From NCBI GenBank assembly GCA_050250935.1, contig JBFWNS010000005.1:75523-139522 (forward strand): a stretch of DNA of 64,000 nt, read 5' to 3'. The position numbers and the translations under genes are program-made. The stretch comes from Candidatus Margulisiibacteriota bacterium (GTDB taxonomy: Bacteria > Margulisbacteria > Marinamargulisbacteria > JBFWNS01). The notes beneath the pieces were generated by a model. That model was not told the origin of the DNA and made no database searches. It saw only the letters and a program-made list of their open reading frames with translations. This document shows, one piece after another, positions 40,980 to 50,066 of the stretch; position 1 is the first letter of the stretch, and every line of letters starts with the position of its first letter.

Positions 40980-42056
40980 ATGATCGTTGGCTATTCCCTT
41001 GGCAACCGTAACGACCAAGAAACCGATATAAAAGTGGTGGGTGAAGACGACCCCAATGTGGTGACCTATTCGCGGGCTTTGTCCGTTTCTTTGTCCCGCA
41101 TGTGCCGCAACAACTGCCCCTATTGTGGGTTTCATAAACGGGATAATTTAACCGTTCCCTATTCCACCATTAAATTGGCCAAACACGCCAGGGCCAATGG
41201 CGCCCGAGAAGTGTTGTACATTGCTGGCGAAAGACCCGACAAATTTTCCCATATTCGGGCCCAGCTCGAATTGTGGGGTTTTTCGTCCTATTTGGACTAC
41301 ATCTACACCGTTTGCGAATTGGGCTTTTTGGAAGGCTTGATTCCCGTAATCGACATTGGTTTTTTAACCCCAAAAGAGCTTAAACGCATGACGGAAATCA
41401 CCGCAGTGGCCAAAATCATGCTCGATTCTGTCGATGCGAATCAGTTTCCCAAAGTGTATTCCGAATCCCCAGGCAAGGCCCGAGACATTCGCTTACGCAG
41501 CCTCGAATGGGCTGGTAAACTCAAACTGCCGGTGTCCACGGGCATTATGGTTGGGATTGGCGATAACAAAGAACACCGCAAAGATACCCTCAATGCCATT
41601 GCCAGTTTGCACAAGTCTTATGGCCACGTTCACGAAGTGGTCATTCAGAATTTCTTGCCCGAACCTGGAACGGCTTTTAAAGACCGTAAACCCCCTTCCA
41701 AAGAAGACATGCTTAAAGTGGTGGACATGGCCCTATCGATTTTGCCTTCCGATGTTTCGGTGACGGTTCCATTGGAATTGAATCCTGATATTGAAGACTT
41801 TTTGCGTGCAGGTATCCGCGATTTGGGCCGCATCTATGAAAAACCCCAAATCATGTTTCCCAATCATCCTTCGCCATCGATCGATTCGGTGTTCGAAGTC
41901 ACCCAAAAATTGGGTCTAGACCTTCAGCAACGGTTCCCTTTAAAGAAGAATTTCATCAAAGAAGGTCTCTATTCCAAAAAATTGGGCCAGGTTTTTGATG
42001 CTTATCGCTATAAAATCAAAAAAGATGGTGTCGACAAAGGGAAAGACGTTAAATAA
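40980..42056 (+). CDS. Radical SAM protein, CofG-like
   Basis: VVTYSR, CRNNCPYCGF (CxxxCxxC), GERP, STGIMVGIG, EVVIQNF.P.PGT are typical of the FO synthase CofG family. Confidence 0.75.
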   Translation: MIVGYSLGNRNDQETDIKVVGEDDPNVVTYSRALSVSLSRMCRNNCPYCGFHKRDNLTVPYSTIKLAKHARANGAREVLYIAGERPDKFSHIRAQLELWGFSSYLDYIYTVCELGFLEGLIPVIDIGFLTPKELKRMTEITAVAKIMLDSVDANQFPKVYSESPGKARDIRLRSLEWAGKLKLPVSTGIMVGIGDNKEHRKDTLNAIASLHKSYGHVHEVVIQNFLPEPGTAFKDRKPPSKEDMLKVVDMALSILPSDVSVTVPLELNPDIEDFLRAGIRDLGRIYEKPQIMFPNHPSPSIDSVFEVTQKLGLDLQQRFPLKKNFIKEGLYSKKLGQVFDAYRYKIKKDGVDKGKDVK

Positions 42057-42757
42057 TGGCCGGGGCAGTATCGGGTAAAGAACTCGGTAAAGAGCCAGCG
42101 GCTTTGATCAAAGCCCTCACGTCGTCTGCTGCGTCGGGTGTTACCGACCCATTTGATGCCCTTTTAAACCAAGCCCAAACCGAAACCCGTCATCAACCCA
42201 GCTTTAAAGAGCAAGCCGATGGCACCTATGCCATGGCCGAACAAGACGAGGCTCCTGCACCCGAAGCCAACGATGCCGCCAAGTCTGGTGATCCCAAAGA
42301 TCTGCCAGCGGCTTTGCTGGGGTTTTTGGGTGCCAAGGTTTTTTTGCCAGCGCCACAAGCCATTGCGGTTAAAACCCAAGAAGGGGTTCAGACCGTCATT
42401 GTGCAGGCGGTGCAATGGATTCGTCAGGCGTCTGCACCCCAATCGAGCTATCTGTTTCGGGTGGTGGGTCAAGACGACATTGCCGTGCGTATAGACGCCT
42501 CTAAAAAAAATTCGATGAAAATAACCGTCTATTTGGACGATAATTTAAAGAAAGAACTTTCCGCCAATCTTAAAGAGCTCATGGCCATTCTTAAAAAAAC
42601 CTTGGACGAACCCCAGTTGGATCTCCAGGTCGAGAGGCTACACCCAACGGAGACCACCCTTGATTTTGGAAAAGATAAAAAATTTGACAACCAAGAGGCC
42701 CAGTCGAAAAATTCTGTTGAATATCTTGCAAAAAATGATATCCTTTCGGTACCCTAA
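42056..42757 (+). CDS. FliK/SctP-like length-control protein (divergent)
   Basis: Disordered Ala/Pro/Glu N-half, C-terminal helix-3 strands-helix pattern like the T3S4 domain, position before flgD-like gene; canonical PxxLG absent. Confidence 0.45.
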   Translation: MAGAVSGKELGKEPAALIKALTSSAASGVTDPFDALLNQAQTETRHQPSFKEQADGTYAMAEQDEAPAPEANDAAKSGDPKDLPAALLGFLGAKVFLPAPQAIAVKTQEGVQTVIVQAVQWIRQASAPQSSYLFRVVGQDDIAVRIDASKKNSMKITVYLDDNLKKELSANLKELMAILKKTLDEPQLDLQVERLHPTETTLDFGKDKKFDNQEAQSKNSVEYLAKNDILSVP

Positions 42758-42771
42758 ACAAGTAATTACCC

Positions 42772-43470
42772 ATGGCAGCAACTAACCCCATTCTTTCAAA
42801 TACTCCTGTGAATCTTGTTCGTGCTTTTTCAAGCGGGCAGGGCACCACTGTTGCCCAAGCCGATACCTCCTTTCAAAATGTTTTGGATTCCGAAATTCAA
42901 CTGTCTGCACAACGGGCTTCTCAGCTTCAATCGGCTGGGGGAACGGCTGGTTCTGGGGTGGCTGTACAACAACCTTCCATTGCCGATTACCTGCGTGCCC
43001 AATACTTTGGCCGAACCATTTCTTACACAGATGCCAGCGGTGCCACCTACGATTCGGGCCAAATCAAAGAGCTCGTGGTTGGTGCAGATGGCGCCTATTA
43101 TTTTAACCTCAAAGATGGTCAGCGTGTTCGGGTGGTTTTTCAGGGGCAAGAAATTAAAAACCCCAGCACCAGAACCCCCTATCAAGCCGGTCAAGCTCGG
43201 TTGGATTCGGAACGCTATTTAAATTCGGCCATTTCCCCCTTGTTGTCCGATGCTGGCGAGGCTGCAAGCAATGCCCGTTCAACCATCGGTCAAACCTCGA
43301 GCTACCAAAGCCGACAATCAGCCATTGCCAATTTGCCCTCGGAGCCGTTAACCTACATTGACACTGCAACCAACCAAGAAAAGACAGGGGATGCCCTGGT
43401 TCTTGGAAACCGACTTGTCCTTAAAACCTCTCAAGCCCCCATCAAGATTCGATTCGAAAGAGAAAATTAG
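42772..43470 (+). CDS. FlgD-like capping protein (divergent)
   Basis: Disordered N-terminus; YFGRTISYTD...SGQIKEL...DGAYYFNLKDGQRV resembles the FlgD Tudor-like domain; follows fliK-like gene. Confidence 0.45.
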   Translation: MAATNPILSNTPVNLVRAFSSGQGTTVAQADTSFQNVLDSEIQLSAQRASQLQSAGGTAGSGVAVQQPSIADYLRAQYFGRTISYTDASGATYDSGQIKELVVGADGAYYFNLKDGQRVRVVFQGQEIKNPSTRTPYQAGQARLDSERYLNSAISPLLSDAGEAASNARSTIGQTSSYQSRQSAIANLPSEPLTYIDTATNQEKTGDALVLGNRLVLKTSQAPIKIRFEREN

Positions 43471-44801
43471 TGGATCACCAACACCAACACGCTTTCTTTA
43501 GAAAAATTAAATTGGTTCCAGCCATCGGGGATTGGACCACGATTCAGTATCACGATCCCGATCAAGAAGAAACCCGTGTTTCCCAAATCACCAACATCAA
43601 CTTCGACCGCCTGCCCAAAGAGCAACTCAGCTATGTTCACTATTTGCACTATCGTTTGGCAGAAGACATTGCCAAAGACCTCGCAGATGGGTTGGACATC
43701 AGTGTAGAACTGCATTCCATTTCGGCCAAACAAATGGCCTACCAAGATTTTGTAACCCTGCAAACCGATCCCATGCTTCAGGCCCATGTCCCCGTTTTGG
43801 GCTCTGGGACAGTTTCGTTGTTTTTGGACTGGGGTTTTTCAGAAATGATTGCCAGCCGTTTAACGGGTGGGGGCTTGGAAGAATCTGGGTCTACCTCTTT
43901 TTCTACCCTCGAGTTGGCTGTTCTTAAAACCCAGGTGCTTCATGTTGTGCCCTTGTTGGATAAGGCTTGGAAATCGGTCATGGGCCTTTCTTCAGAGGCT
44001 GTCGATGTAAAAGCAGGTCAATATCGTCCCGATAAACGGTTGTCGCCCCGCGATGCCTTGGTGATCTTTACGTTTTATTTCCAGTTGGGCAAAGACGATG
44101 TGAAGTCCATGTCTGTGGCCTATCCAACCCGCGTGTTGCGCAAGTTGTTGGGCCTGCGAAAGGCCTTGCCAGATCCGGTTAAACGCCGGGTGTTCTTGAG
44201 CCCAGAAACCCTTAAAAAACTCAAAGTTCCCGTCAAGGCTGTTTTGGGGGAAACCACCATTACCATGGCCGATTTCCGCCAGCTTCAGGTTGGGGATGTC
44301 ATTGGCTTGGATGCCACTCTGGACCACCCAGTTTCTGTTAGCTTGGGCGACGATGTTCAATTGTTTGCTCAGCCCGGGGTTGTGAATCAAAAAAGTGCGG
44401 TTCAGTTGTTGTGGTGGACGCCCAGCGATGCCAAAGAAACCCACTCGGTAGACGTTGCACCGGTGCATGCAATTGCGGCCCCTGTGGTGGCCCCTGCCCC
44501 TGCTGTTGTAGAAATGCCTGCGCCCGCACCCGAACCGATTGCGGTTCCCGTTTCTTCTGAGCATGACGACAATCCTTTGGATTTGGACGAAGACGATCAC
44601 CGTCCCGAAGCCTTGGAAGAGTCGGACATGACCCACAGCCTTTCCGACGAACACGAGCATGACGATCTAGACCTGATGTTCGACGATGAACCTGCCCACG
44701 AAGACCACGACGATGCCCATGCCGTAGACGATGCCTTAACCCACGAGCCGGACGCCCATGACGAAGACGATTTTTCGTGGGATGATCTAGACAAACTTTA
44801 G
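43470..44801 (+). CDS. fliM: FliM-like C-ring protein with acidic His-rich C-terminal extension
   Basis: CheC-like middle domain (RLTGGG...FSTLELAV), SpoA domain (AVLGETTITMADFRQLQVGDVIGLD). Confidence 0.8.
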   Translation: MDHQHQHAFFRKIKLVPAIGDWTTIQYHDPDQEETRVSQITNINFDRLPKEQLSYVHYLHYRLAEDIAKDLADGLDISVELHSISAKQMAYQDFVTLQTDPMLQAHVPVLGSGTVSLFLDWGFSEMIASRLTGGGLEESGSTSFSTLELAVLKTQVLHVVPLLDKAWKSVMGLSSEAVDVKAGQYRPDKRLSPRDALVIFTFYFQLGKDDVKSMSVAYPTRVLRKLLGLRKALPDPVKRRVFLSPETLKKLKVPVKAVLGETTITMADFRQLQVGDVIGLDATLDHPVSVSLGDDVQLFAQPGVVNQKSAVQLLWWTPSDAKETHSVDVAPVHAIAAPVVAPAPAVVEMPAPAPEPIAVPVSSEHDDNPLDLDEDDHRPEALEESDMTHSLSDEHEHDDLDLMFDDEPAHEDHDDAHAVDDALTHEPDAHDEDDFSWDDLDKL

Positions 44802-44813
44802 GAAGACACAGGC

Positions 44814-45563
44814 ATGAGAAAAATTAGCATTATGAATTACAAGGGCGGAACCGGGAAAACCAGCACAGTGGTTAACCTGGCTCACGGACTTGCACTTCAA
44901 GGTCAGAAAGTCTTGGTCATCGATACCGATCCCCAAGGATCTTCTGGCTATCATTTGGGCATTAACACCGATGGTGCTGTTCCCACCCTTTACGATTTGT
45001 TGATTCAAGGCAAAAGCCCCCGAGAGTGCATTGTTAATGCCAGAGAGGGTATTGATATCATTTGCAGCAACGAACGGTTGTTTCCCGCAGAAATGGCCTT
45101 GTCCAAAGAAAAAGACCGAGAGTTTAGACTCCAACACTGTTTGGAAAATTTGACCGGATACGACTATGTGTTGGTCGATTGTCCGCCTTCGATGAATTTG
45201 TTGAATCAAAATTCGTTGTTGTATGCCAACGATATTTATTTGCCAGTGTCCATGGAATATTTGTCCTTGGTGGGTGTCAAACAGTTGTTGTCCAACATTG
45301 GCCTGATCAATTCCATTTTTAAGGCCAATATTCAAGTTTCGAAAGTCATCCCAACGTTCTATGACAAACGGAACACCAAGTCCAAAGAAATTGTGGACAG
45401 CTTAAACCGGGTGTTTCCTGGCCTCATCTCGTCTCCGATTGGGGTCAGTGTTGCCATTTCCGAAGCCGCTGGGGTTAAGCAAACAGTGTTCGAATACGAT
45501 GCAAGCTCCAAAGGGGCCCAAGATTATCTACAATTAACGAAAGAGGTGTTGTCTCATGGCTAA
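44814..45563 (+). CDS. ParA/Soj family ATPase
   Basis: NYKGGTGKTS deviant Walker A, IDTDPQG, VDCPPS, SKGAQDY. Confidence 0.9.
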   Translation: MRKISIMNYKGGTGKTSTVVNLAHGLALQGQKVLVIDTDPQGSSGYHLGINTDGAVPTLYDLLIQGKSPRECIVNAREGIDIICSNERLFPAEMALSKEKDREFRLQHCLENLTGYDYVLVDCPPSMNLLNQNSLLYANDIYLPVSMEYLSLVGVKQLLSNIGLINSIFKANIQVSKVIPTFYDKRNTKSKEIVDSLNRVFPGLISSPIGVSVAISEAAGVKQTVFEYDASSKGAQDYLQLTKEVLSHG

Positions 45564-45948
45564 AAAGAAAAAATTTGATGATCCGCTAGAAGGCATTGAT
45601 CCGGTTATGAAGACGGCCTTTTCCGTCGATGAGGTTTCAGAAACCTCTGGGGCACCCATCGCACCGGTCGAGTTTCCAACCTTAAAGCCTGAAACGTCGG
45701 CCAAAAAAGTAGAAGTGGATGTTTTTTCGAATATCCCTGTTAATGTTTCTGTCGAGTTGGGTCGTGCAGAAGTGTCTTTAAAAGACGTTTACGAACTCAG
45801 CGAAGGCTCTATCATCGAATTGGAGCGTTTGGTTGGTGAGCCCCTGGATTTGGTGGTGAATGGCCAAGTGGTTGCCCAAGGCGAAGTGGTGGCCATCGAC
45901 AACAATTATGGTCTTCGGGTAACCCATATTTTGGCTTCTGCAAAGTAA
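45556..45948 (+). CDS. fliN: FliN C-ring protein
   Basis: IPVNVSVELGR...GSIIELERLVGEPLDLVVNG...GEVVAIDNNYGLRV. Confidence 0.93.
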   Translation: MAKKKKFDDPLEGIDPVMKTAFSVDEVSETSGAPIAPVEFPTLKPETSAKKVEVDVFSNIPVNVSVELGRAEVSLKDVYELSEGSIIELERLVGEPLDLVVNGQVVAQGEVVAIDNNYGLRVTHILASAK

Positions 45949-46188
45949 ATGGCCATTTCCTATTACCTGCAAGTCACCTTGTCCTTGCTGGTATTTATTG
46001 GCTTTTTGTTTGCAGCCACGCGGTTTTCGAAATCCTTGCAAACAAAGCGGTTTTCCTGCGAAATGAAAATTATCGATCGCTTGGCAGTGGATCAGGAAGT
46101 GGCTTTGGCCATTGTCGAAGTCCGAGACCAGCAGTACCTGATGGGTGTCAGCAAAAACAATGTTCGCATTTTAAAGAAACTTTCATGA
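45949..46188 (+). CDS. fliO: FliO-like export assembly factor
   Basis: N-terminal TM then MKIIDRLAV...LAIVEV...YLMGVS; between fliN and fliP. Confidence 0.8.
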   Translation: MAISYYLQVTLSLLVFIGFLFAATRFSKSLQTKRFSCEMKIIDRLAVDQEVALAIVEVRDQQYLMGVSKNNVRILKKLS

Positions 46189-46916
46189 AATACCTTAAAT
46201 ATGCTTTGAGTGCTTTGGTTATCGCAGTTGTTTTGGGTGGCACTTCGGTGTTTGCCCAAGCCGATGCGGGTAATCTGATTCGTCCCGAAATGTTCAGCTC
46301 TAGCATTAACATTTTATTGTCCTTGTCAGCCATTGGGTTTGTGCCCTTGTTTTTGATGTCCGCCACGTCTTTTTTGCGCATCGTTATTGTGATGGGGATG
46401 ATTCGAAGTGCTATTGGAACCCAACAAAGCCCGCCCAATGCGGTGATTGTTTCGTTGTCTGTTTTCTTGACCATTTTTGTGATGACGCCCACCTGGAACG
46501 AAGTGAATCAAACGGCCATTATTCCTTACCAAGAGGGCCGAATCAGCCAAAGACAGGCCTTCGATTTGGGGGTACAACCCGTTCGAAAATTCATGTTAAA
46601 GTTCACCCGCGAAAAAGATTTGGCTTTGTTTTTGGAATTTTCTCAACTTAAAACCGTCACCAATTACGACGATGTTCCCATCTATGTTTTGGTTCCCGCT
46701 TTTATGATTTCCGAGCTTAAGACCGCTTTCCAAATTGGGTTTTTATTGTTTATTCCTTTTGTTGTCATCGATTTGATTGTGTCGAATATCCTCTTGTCTT
46801 TGGGGATGTTCATGTTGTCGCCGGCCATGATTTCGTTGCCGTTTAAAATTCTATTGTTTGTTCTCACCGATGGCTGGAATCTTGTCATTCGGGGGATTTT
46901 GCTTAGTTTTAAATAA
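46185..46916 (+). CDS. fliP: Export gate protein FliP
   Basis: Signal peptide, TSFLRIVIV, GTQQSPPN, PAFMISELKTAFQIGF, SLPFKILLFVLTDGW. Confidence 0.96.
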   Translation: MKYLKYALSALVIAVVLGGTSVFAQADAGNLIRPEMFSSSINILLSLSAIGFVPLFLMSATSFLRIVIVMGMIRSAIGTQQSPPNAVIVSLSVFLTIFVMTPTWNEVNQTAIIPYQEGRISQRQAFDLGVQPVRKFMLKFTREKDLALFLEFSQLKTVTNYDDVPIYVLVPAFMISELKTAFQIGFLLFIPFVVIDLIVSNILLSLGMFMLSPAMISLPFKILLFVLTDGWNLVIRGILLSFK

Positions 46917-47902
46917 TGAGGCATTTTGGCATTGCGCTGATGGTGGCCCTGGCGAGTTCGGGGTGGTGTTTGGCCCAAGGTTCGCCTTTTTCTGCCTTGC
47001 ATAACCGTCTGCAAGATGGGGCTCAAGCCTTTGTCATTAGCAACTATCCTGAAGAAGTGGTGATTCCCGGCATTGTGTTCGACGAAGCTTTTGCTCAGGA
47101 TGCCCGCGTTTTTTACTATCATAAAAACGGAGCCCCACTACCGTTGGACCTTCAGCTAACCGTGACCAATCCCCAGTCCAAGCCCTTGTGGGTTACCGTC
47201 AATGTGGGATTGGCTGGCCCTTCTCCGGACGGGTTATATGTGGGGCACAAGGCGGCCAAAGCCTATTTAATGGACACTAAACCCCAGCGAATTTTGGTGC
47301 CTGCTTTTGGGACCCTGTCTTTGGCCAAAACCACCCTCAAACCAGGGCAAGTGTGCGAAGGCATTGTGGGTGTCTATGCGGGACAAAATCCCTTCCGACT
47401 TTCTTTGGCTGTTGTAGATCCTGCTGTTCCTTATGTAGCGACTTTGCTAAAGGACATGGCGGTCCCCGCCTATACTTTTGGGCGCTTTTCGTCTGCGACG
47501 GTTGAATCGGTGACAAGCTTCGATTGTGGCGATAAGTTGCAGGAATGGGGCTTGGGTGACGAGCCTTTCGCCGTTGATGTGGTGCGTCGACTCACGCTTA
47601 AAGGCAATTATGGCTTCCATTATTATTATGCGACCCAGCTGACCAATACCCAAGCCCTTCCTCGAAAAGTCACCTTGTTGTATGCCCCTTCTGCAGGAAT
47701 GAGCCGCGCGGTTTTATGTGTGAATGACAAATGGATTGAAACCAAACTGTTTCGGCCCCATAATCAAGACCAGCCCGAATCTGTTTTTGAAGCGATTCTT
47801 CAACCTGGAGAATCCCGGTGGTTAACGGTTTTTGCAACCCCACAAGGGGGAGGCTTTTACCCCGTTCGTTTTGTTTTGCGTGCGATGGCCGTTTCCCCAT
47901 AA
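46916..47902 (+). CDS. Hypothetical exported beta-rich protein inserted between fliP and fliQ
   Basis: Sec-type signal peptide, SNYPE and LKGNYG motifs, TAATG overlap with fliP. Confidence 0.7.
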   Translation: MRHFGIALMVALASSGWCLAQGSPFSALHNRLQDGAQAFVISNYPEEVVIPGIVFDEAFAQDARVFYYHKNGAPLPLDLQLTVTNPQSKPLWVTVNVGLAGPSPDGLYVGHKAAKAYLMDTKPQRILVPAFGTLSLAKTTLKPGQVCEGIVGVYAGQNPFRLSLAVVDPAVPYVATLLKDMAVPAYTFGRFSSATVESVTSFDCGDKLQEWGLGDEPFAVDVVRRLTLKGNYGFHYYYATQLTNTQALPRKVTLLYAPSAGMSRAVLCVNDKWIETKLFRPHNQDQPESVFEAILQPGESRWLTVFATPQGGGFYPVRFVLRAMAVSP

Positions 47903-47924
47903 GGTTGAGTAAAGGAGTCTTATC

Positions 47925-48194
47925 ATGAACGTGGATATTGTAACCAGTATTATTTATTCCGCAGTCCAAGTGACCATTTTGGCATCCTTGCCCAGCGTGG
48001 GTTTGGGGCTGCTGATTGGTCTGTTGATTGCGATTTTTCAGGCGGTTACCCAGGTTCAAGAACAAACCCTTACCTTTGTACCTAAAATGATTGTGGTCTT
48101 TTTGGTGTTGGCGGCGACCTTCCCGTGGATGTCCCGATTGGTCATCGAAATGTCTGTGTCGCTTTGGCAGAATATTCCTTTGTATTCGCGATGA
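47925..48194 (+). CDS. fliQ: Export gate protein FliQ
   Basis: GLLIAIFQAVTQVQEQTLTFVPK, PWM. Confidence 0.96.
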   Translation: MNVDIVTSIIYSAVQVTILASLPSVGLGLLIGLLIAIFQAVTQVQEQTLTFVPKMIVVFLVLAATFPWMSRLVIEMSVSLWQNIPLYSR

Positions 48195-48985
48195 TCATTA
48201 CCCTGGATCAGGTTGTCTGCTATTTCCTGATTTTCGCCCGCTTGCTGGGGATGCTGATGTTGGCCCCCGTGTTTAACCGAAAAGAAATTTTTGCCTTGTC
48301 CAAGGTGGCCTTTTTGTTTTGGTTGAGTGGTCTTTTAATTTTTGTGGTTCCCATGGCCGTTCATCCGCCAGCTTCCCCTGTTGCCATGGTGATTGCGGTG
48401 GTGATGGAATTTATGGTTGGGGCCATGTTGGGCTTTATTACGGACATGATCGTGGTGGGATTGGAAGCGGCTGGGACCCTGATGGATACCCAGGCTGGTT
48501 TGAGTGTGGCCAGCATCTTGGATCCTTCTTCGGGTCGGTCCATCACCATTATTTCGTCGTTGTTAAAGTGGGTGGCCATTGTGGTCTTTTTGATGTTGGA
48601 CGGCCACCACATGTTGCTATCGGCTGTGGTTCAAAGTTTTAAACTCTTGCCCATTGGAGCACCGTTTAATATTCCCCAGGCCGCTTGGTATGTGGTGGGA
48701 TTGGGGGGCGATATTTTCTATATTGCCGTTCAATTGTCTGCACCCATTATGTTGGTGGTATTCCTGATTGACTTTGTTTTTGGCATGCTCAGTCGTGTTG
48801 CGCCGCAGGTTAACGTGTTTCAATTGGGGTTTCAAATTAAGCCCTTAATCAGTTTGCTGATTTTCTTGGCCATTGTGCCAGGTATTAGCGGTAGTGTGAG
48901 TAGCTTGTTGGAACGGGTTACCGACTATATTTTGCATGCGTTCTATTTGTTGCAATTGCCCCCAACGATGGGGCTAGGAGGCTAG
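48191..48985 (+). CDS. fliR: Export gate protein FliR
   Basis: LIFARLLG..APVF, AGTLMDTQAGL, LDGHH, RVAPQVNVF; start ATG 48191 overlaps fliQ stop. Confidence 0.95.
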   Translation: MIITLDQVVCYFLIFARLLGMLMLAPVFNRKEIFALSKVAFLFWLSGLLIFVVPMAVHPPASPVAMVIAVVMEFMVGAMLGFITDMIVVGLEAAGTLMDTQAGLSVASILDPSSGRSITIISSLLKWVAIVVFLMLDGHHMLLSAVVQSFKLLPIGAPFNIPQAAWYVVGLGGDIFYIAVQLSAPIMLVVFLIDFVFGMLSRVAPQVNVFQLGFQIKPLISLLIFLAIVPGISGSVSSLLERVTDYILHAFYLLQLPPTMGLGG

Positions 48986-48986
48986 G

Positions 48987-50060
48987 GTGGGCGAAGAAGA
49001 CTCGGGCGAGAAAACCGAGGAGCCGACTCCTCATAAACTGCGAGAAGCCCGTAAAAAAGGGCAGATCGTCAAAAGCAAAGAAATCACCTCAGCCATTCTG
49101 ATGCTGGTGTCCTTTTTTACCCTCAAAGCCTCTGCGGTTTATATCTGGGAAAAAATTGCCGAAATTTCTTTTTACACCTTTAACCTGATTCCAGAAGAAT
49201 TCACCGAAGCGGTTGCTGGAAAAATTTTAAAAGATGCCATGTGGATTTTTTTGGCGGCCATTGCCCCCCTTTTGTTTGCCACCTTCGTGGTGACTTTGTT
49301 GGTCGAATTTCTGCAAACCGGGTTCTTGCTCTCTGGCGAACCCTTGGTGCCGAATCTCGAAAAACTTAATCCAATCGAAGGCATCAAAAAAATGTTCGCA
49401 CTTAAACAGTTGGTTGAGCTTTTAAAATCACTGATTAAAATGGCCATCGTGATTTATCTGCTTTACGGGGCCATTCGGGATCAGTTTTTTATGGTGGTGA
49501 TTAGTCCGCAACTGAATTTGTGGCAAATTATGGGATTTACCGGTTCCATCATCATGGACGTTGTCACGCGGGTGGGAATTGCCTACATCATCTTGGCGAT
49601 TTTTGACTATATGTACCAGCATTGGGAATTCATGAAATCCATGCGCATGTCCAAAAAAGAAATCAAGGACGAATACAAGCGTTTGGAAGGCGATCCCATG
49701 ATCAAGCAACGCATGCGCGATGCCCAGCGCCAAATGGCTCAGGGGCGGCAAATGGGTGCTGTTCCACAGGCCGACGTGGTGGTTACCAACCCGATTCACT
49801 TGGCCCTTGCGATTCAATACAAGCCCAATGTCATGAAGGCGCCGAAAATTCTGGCCAAGGGTCGCCGATTGGTGGCCGAAGAAATCAAACGCATTGCCCA
49901 AGACCACGATATTCCCATCGTCGAGAACAAACCCTTGGCGCAAGCCCTGTTTAAAGAAACCGAAGCCGACCAAGAGGTTCCGCCTCAGTACTACAAAGCG
50001 GTAGCTCAGATTCTGGCCTTTGTGTATAATCTGAAAAAGAAAAGAAAACAGAGGTTTTAG
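48987..50060 (+). CDS. flhB: Substrate-switch protein FlhB
   Basis: EKTEEPTPHKLREARKKGQ, KDEYKRLEGDP, VVTNPIH, IPIVENKPLA. Confidence 0.96.
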   Translation: MGEEDSGEKTEEPTPHKLREARKKGQIVKSKEITSAILMLVSFFTLKASAVYIWEKIAEISFYTFNLIPEEFTEAVAGKILKDAMWIFLAAIAPLLFATFVVTLLVEFLQTGFLLSGEPLVPNLEKLNPIEGIKKMFALKQLVELLKSLIKMAIVIYLLYGAIRDQFFMVVISPQLNLWQIMGFTGSIIMDVVTRVGIAYIILAIFDYMYQHWEFMKSMRMSKKEIKDEYKRLEGDPMIKQRMRDAQRQMAQGRQMGAVPQADVVVTNPIHLALAIQYKPNVMKAPKILAKGRRLVAEEIKRIAQDHDIPIVENKPLAQALFKETEADQEVPPQYYKAVAQILAFVYNLKKKRKQRF

Positions 50061-50066
50061 CACAAT

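Noticed and set aside
44814..45563. Annotating the ATPase as FlhG/MinD
   Set aside because: Motifs (DTDPQG, DCPPS) are Soj/ParA-type; FlhG-type DADLGLAN is absent and there is no flhF.
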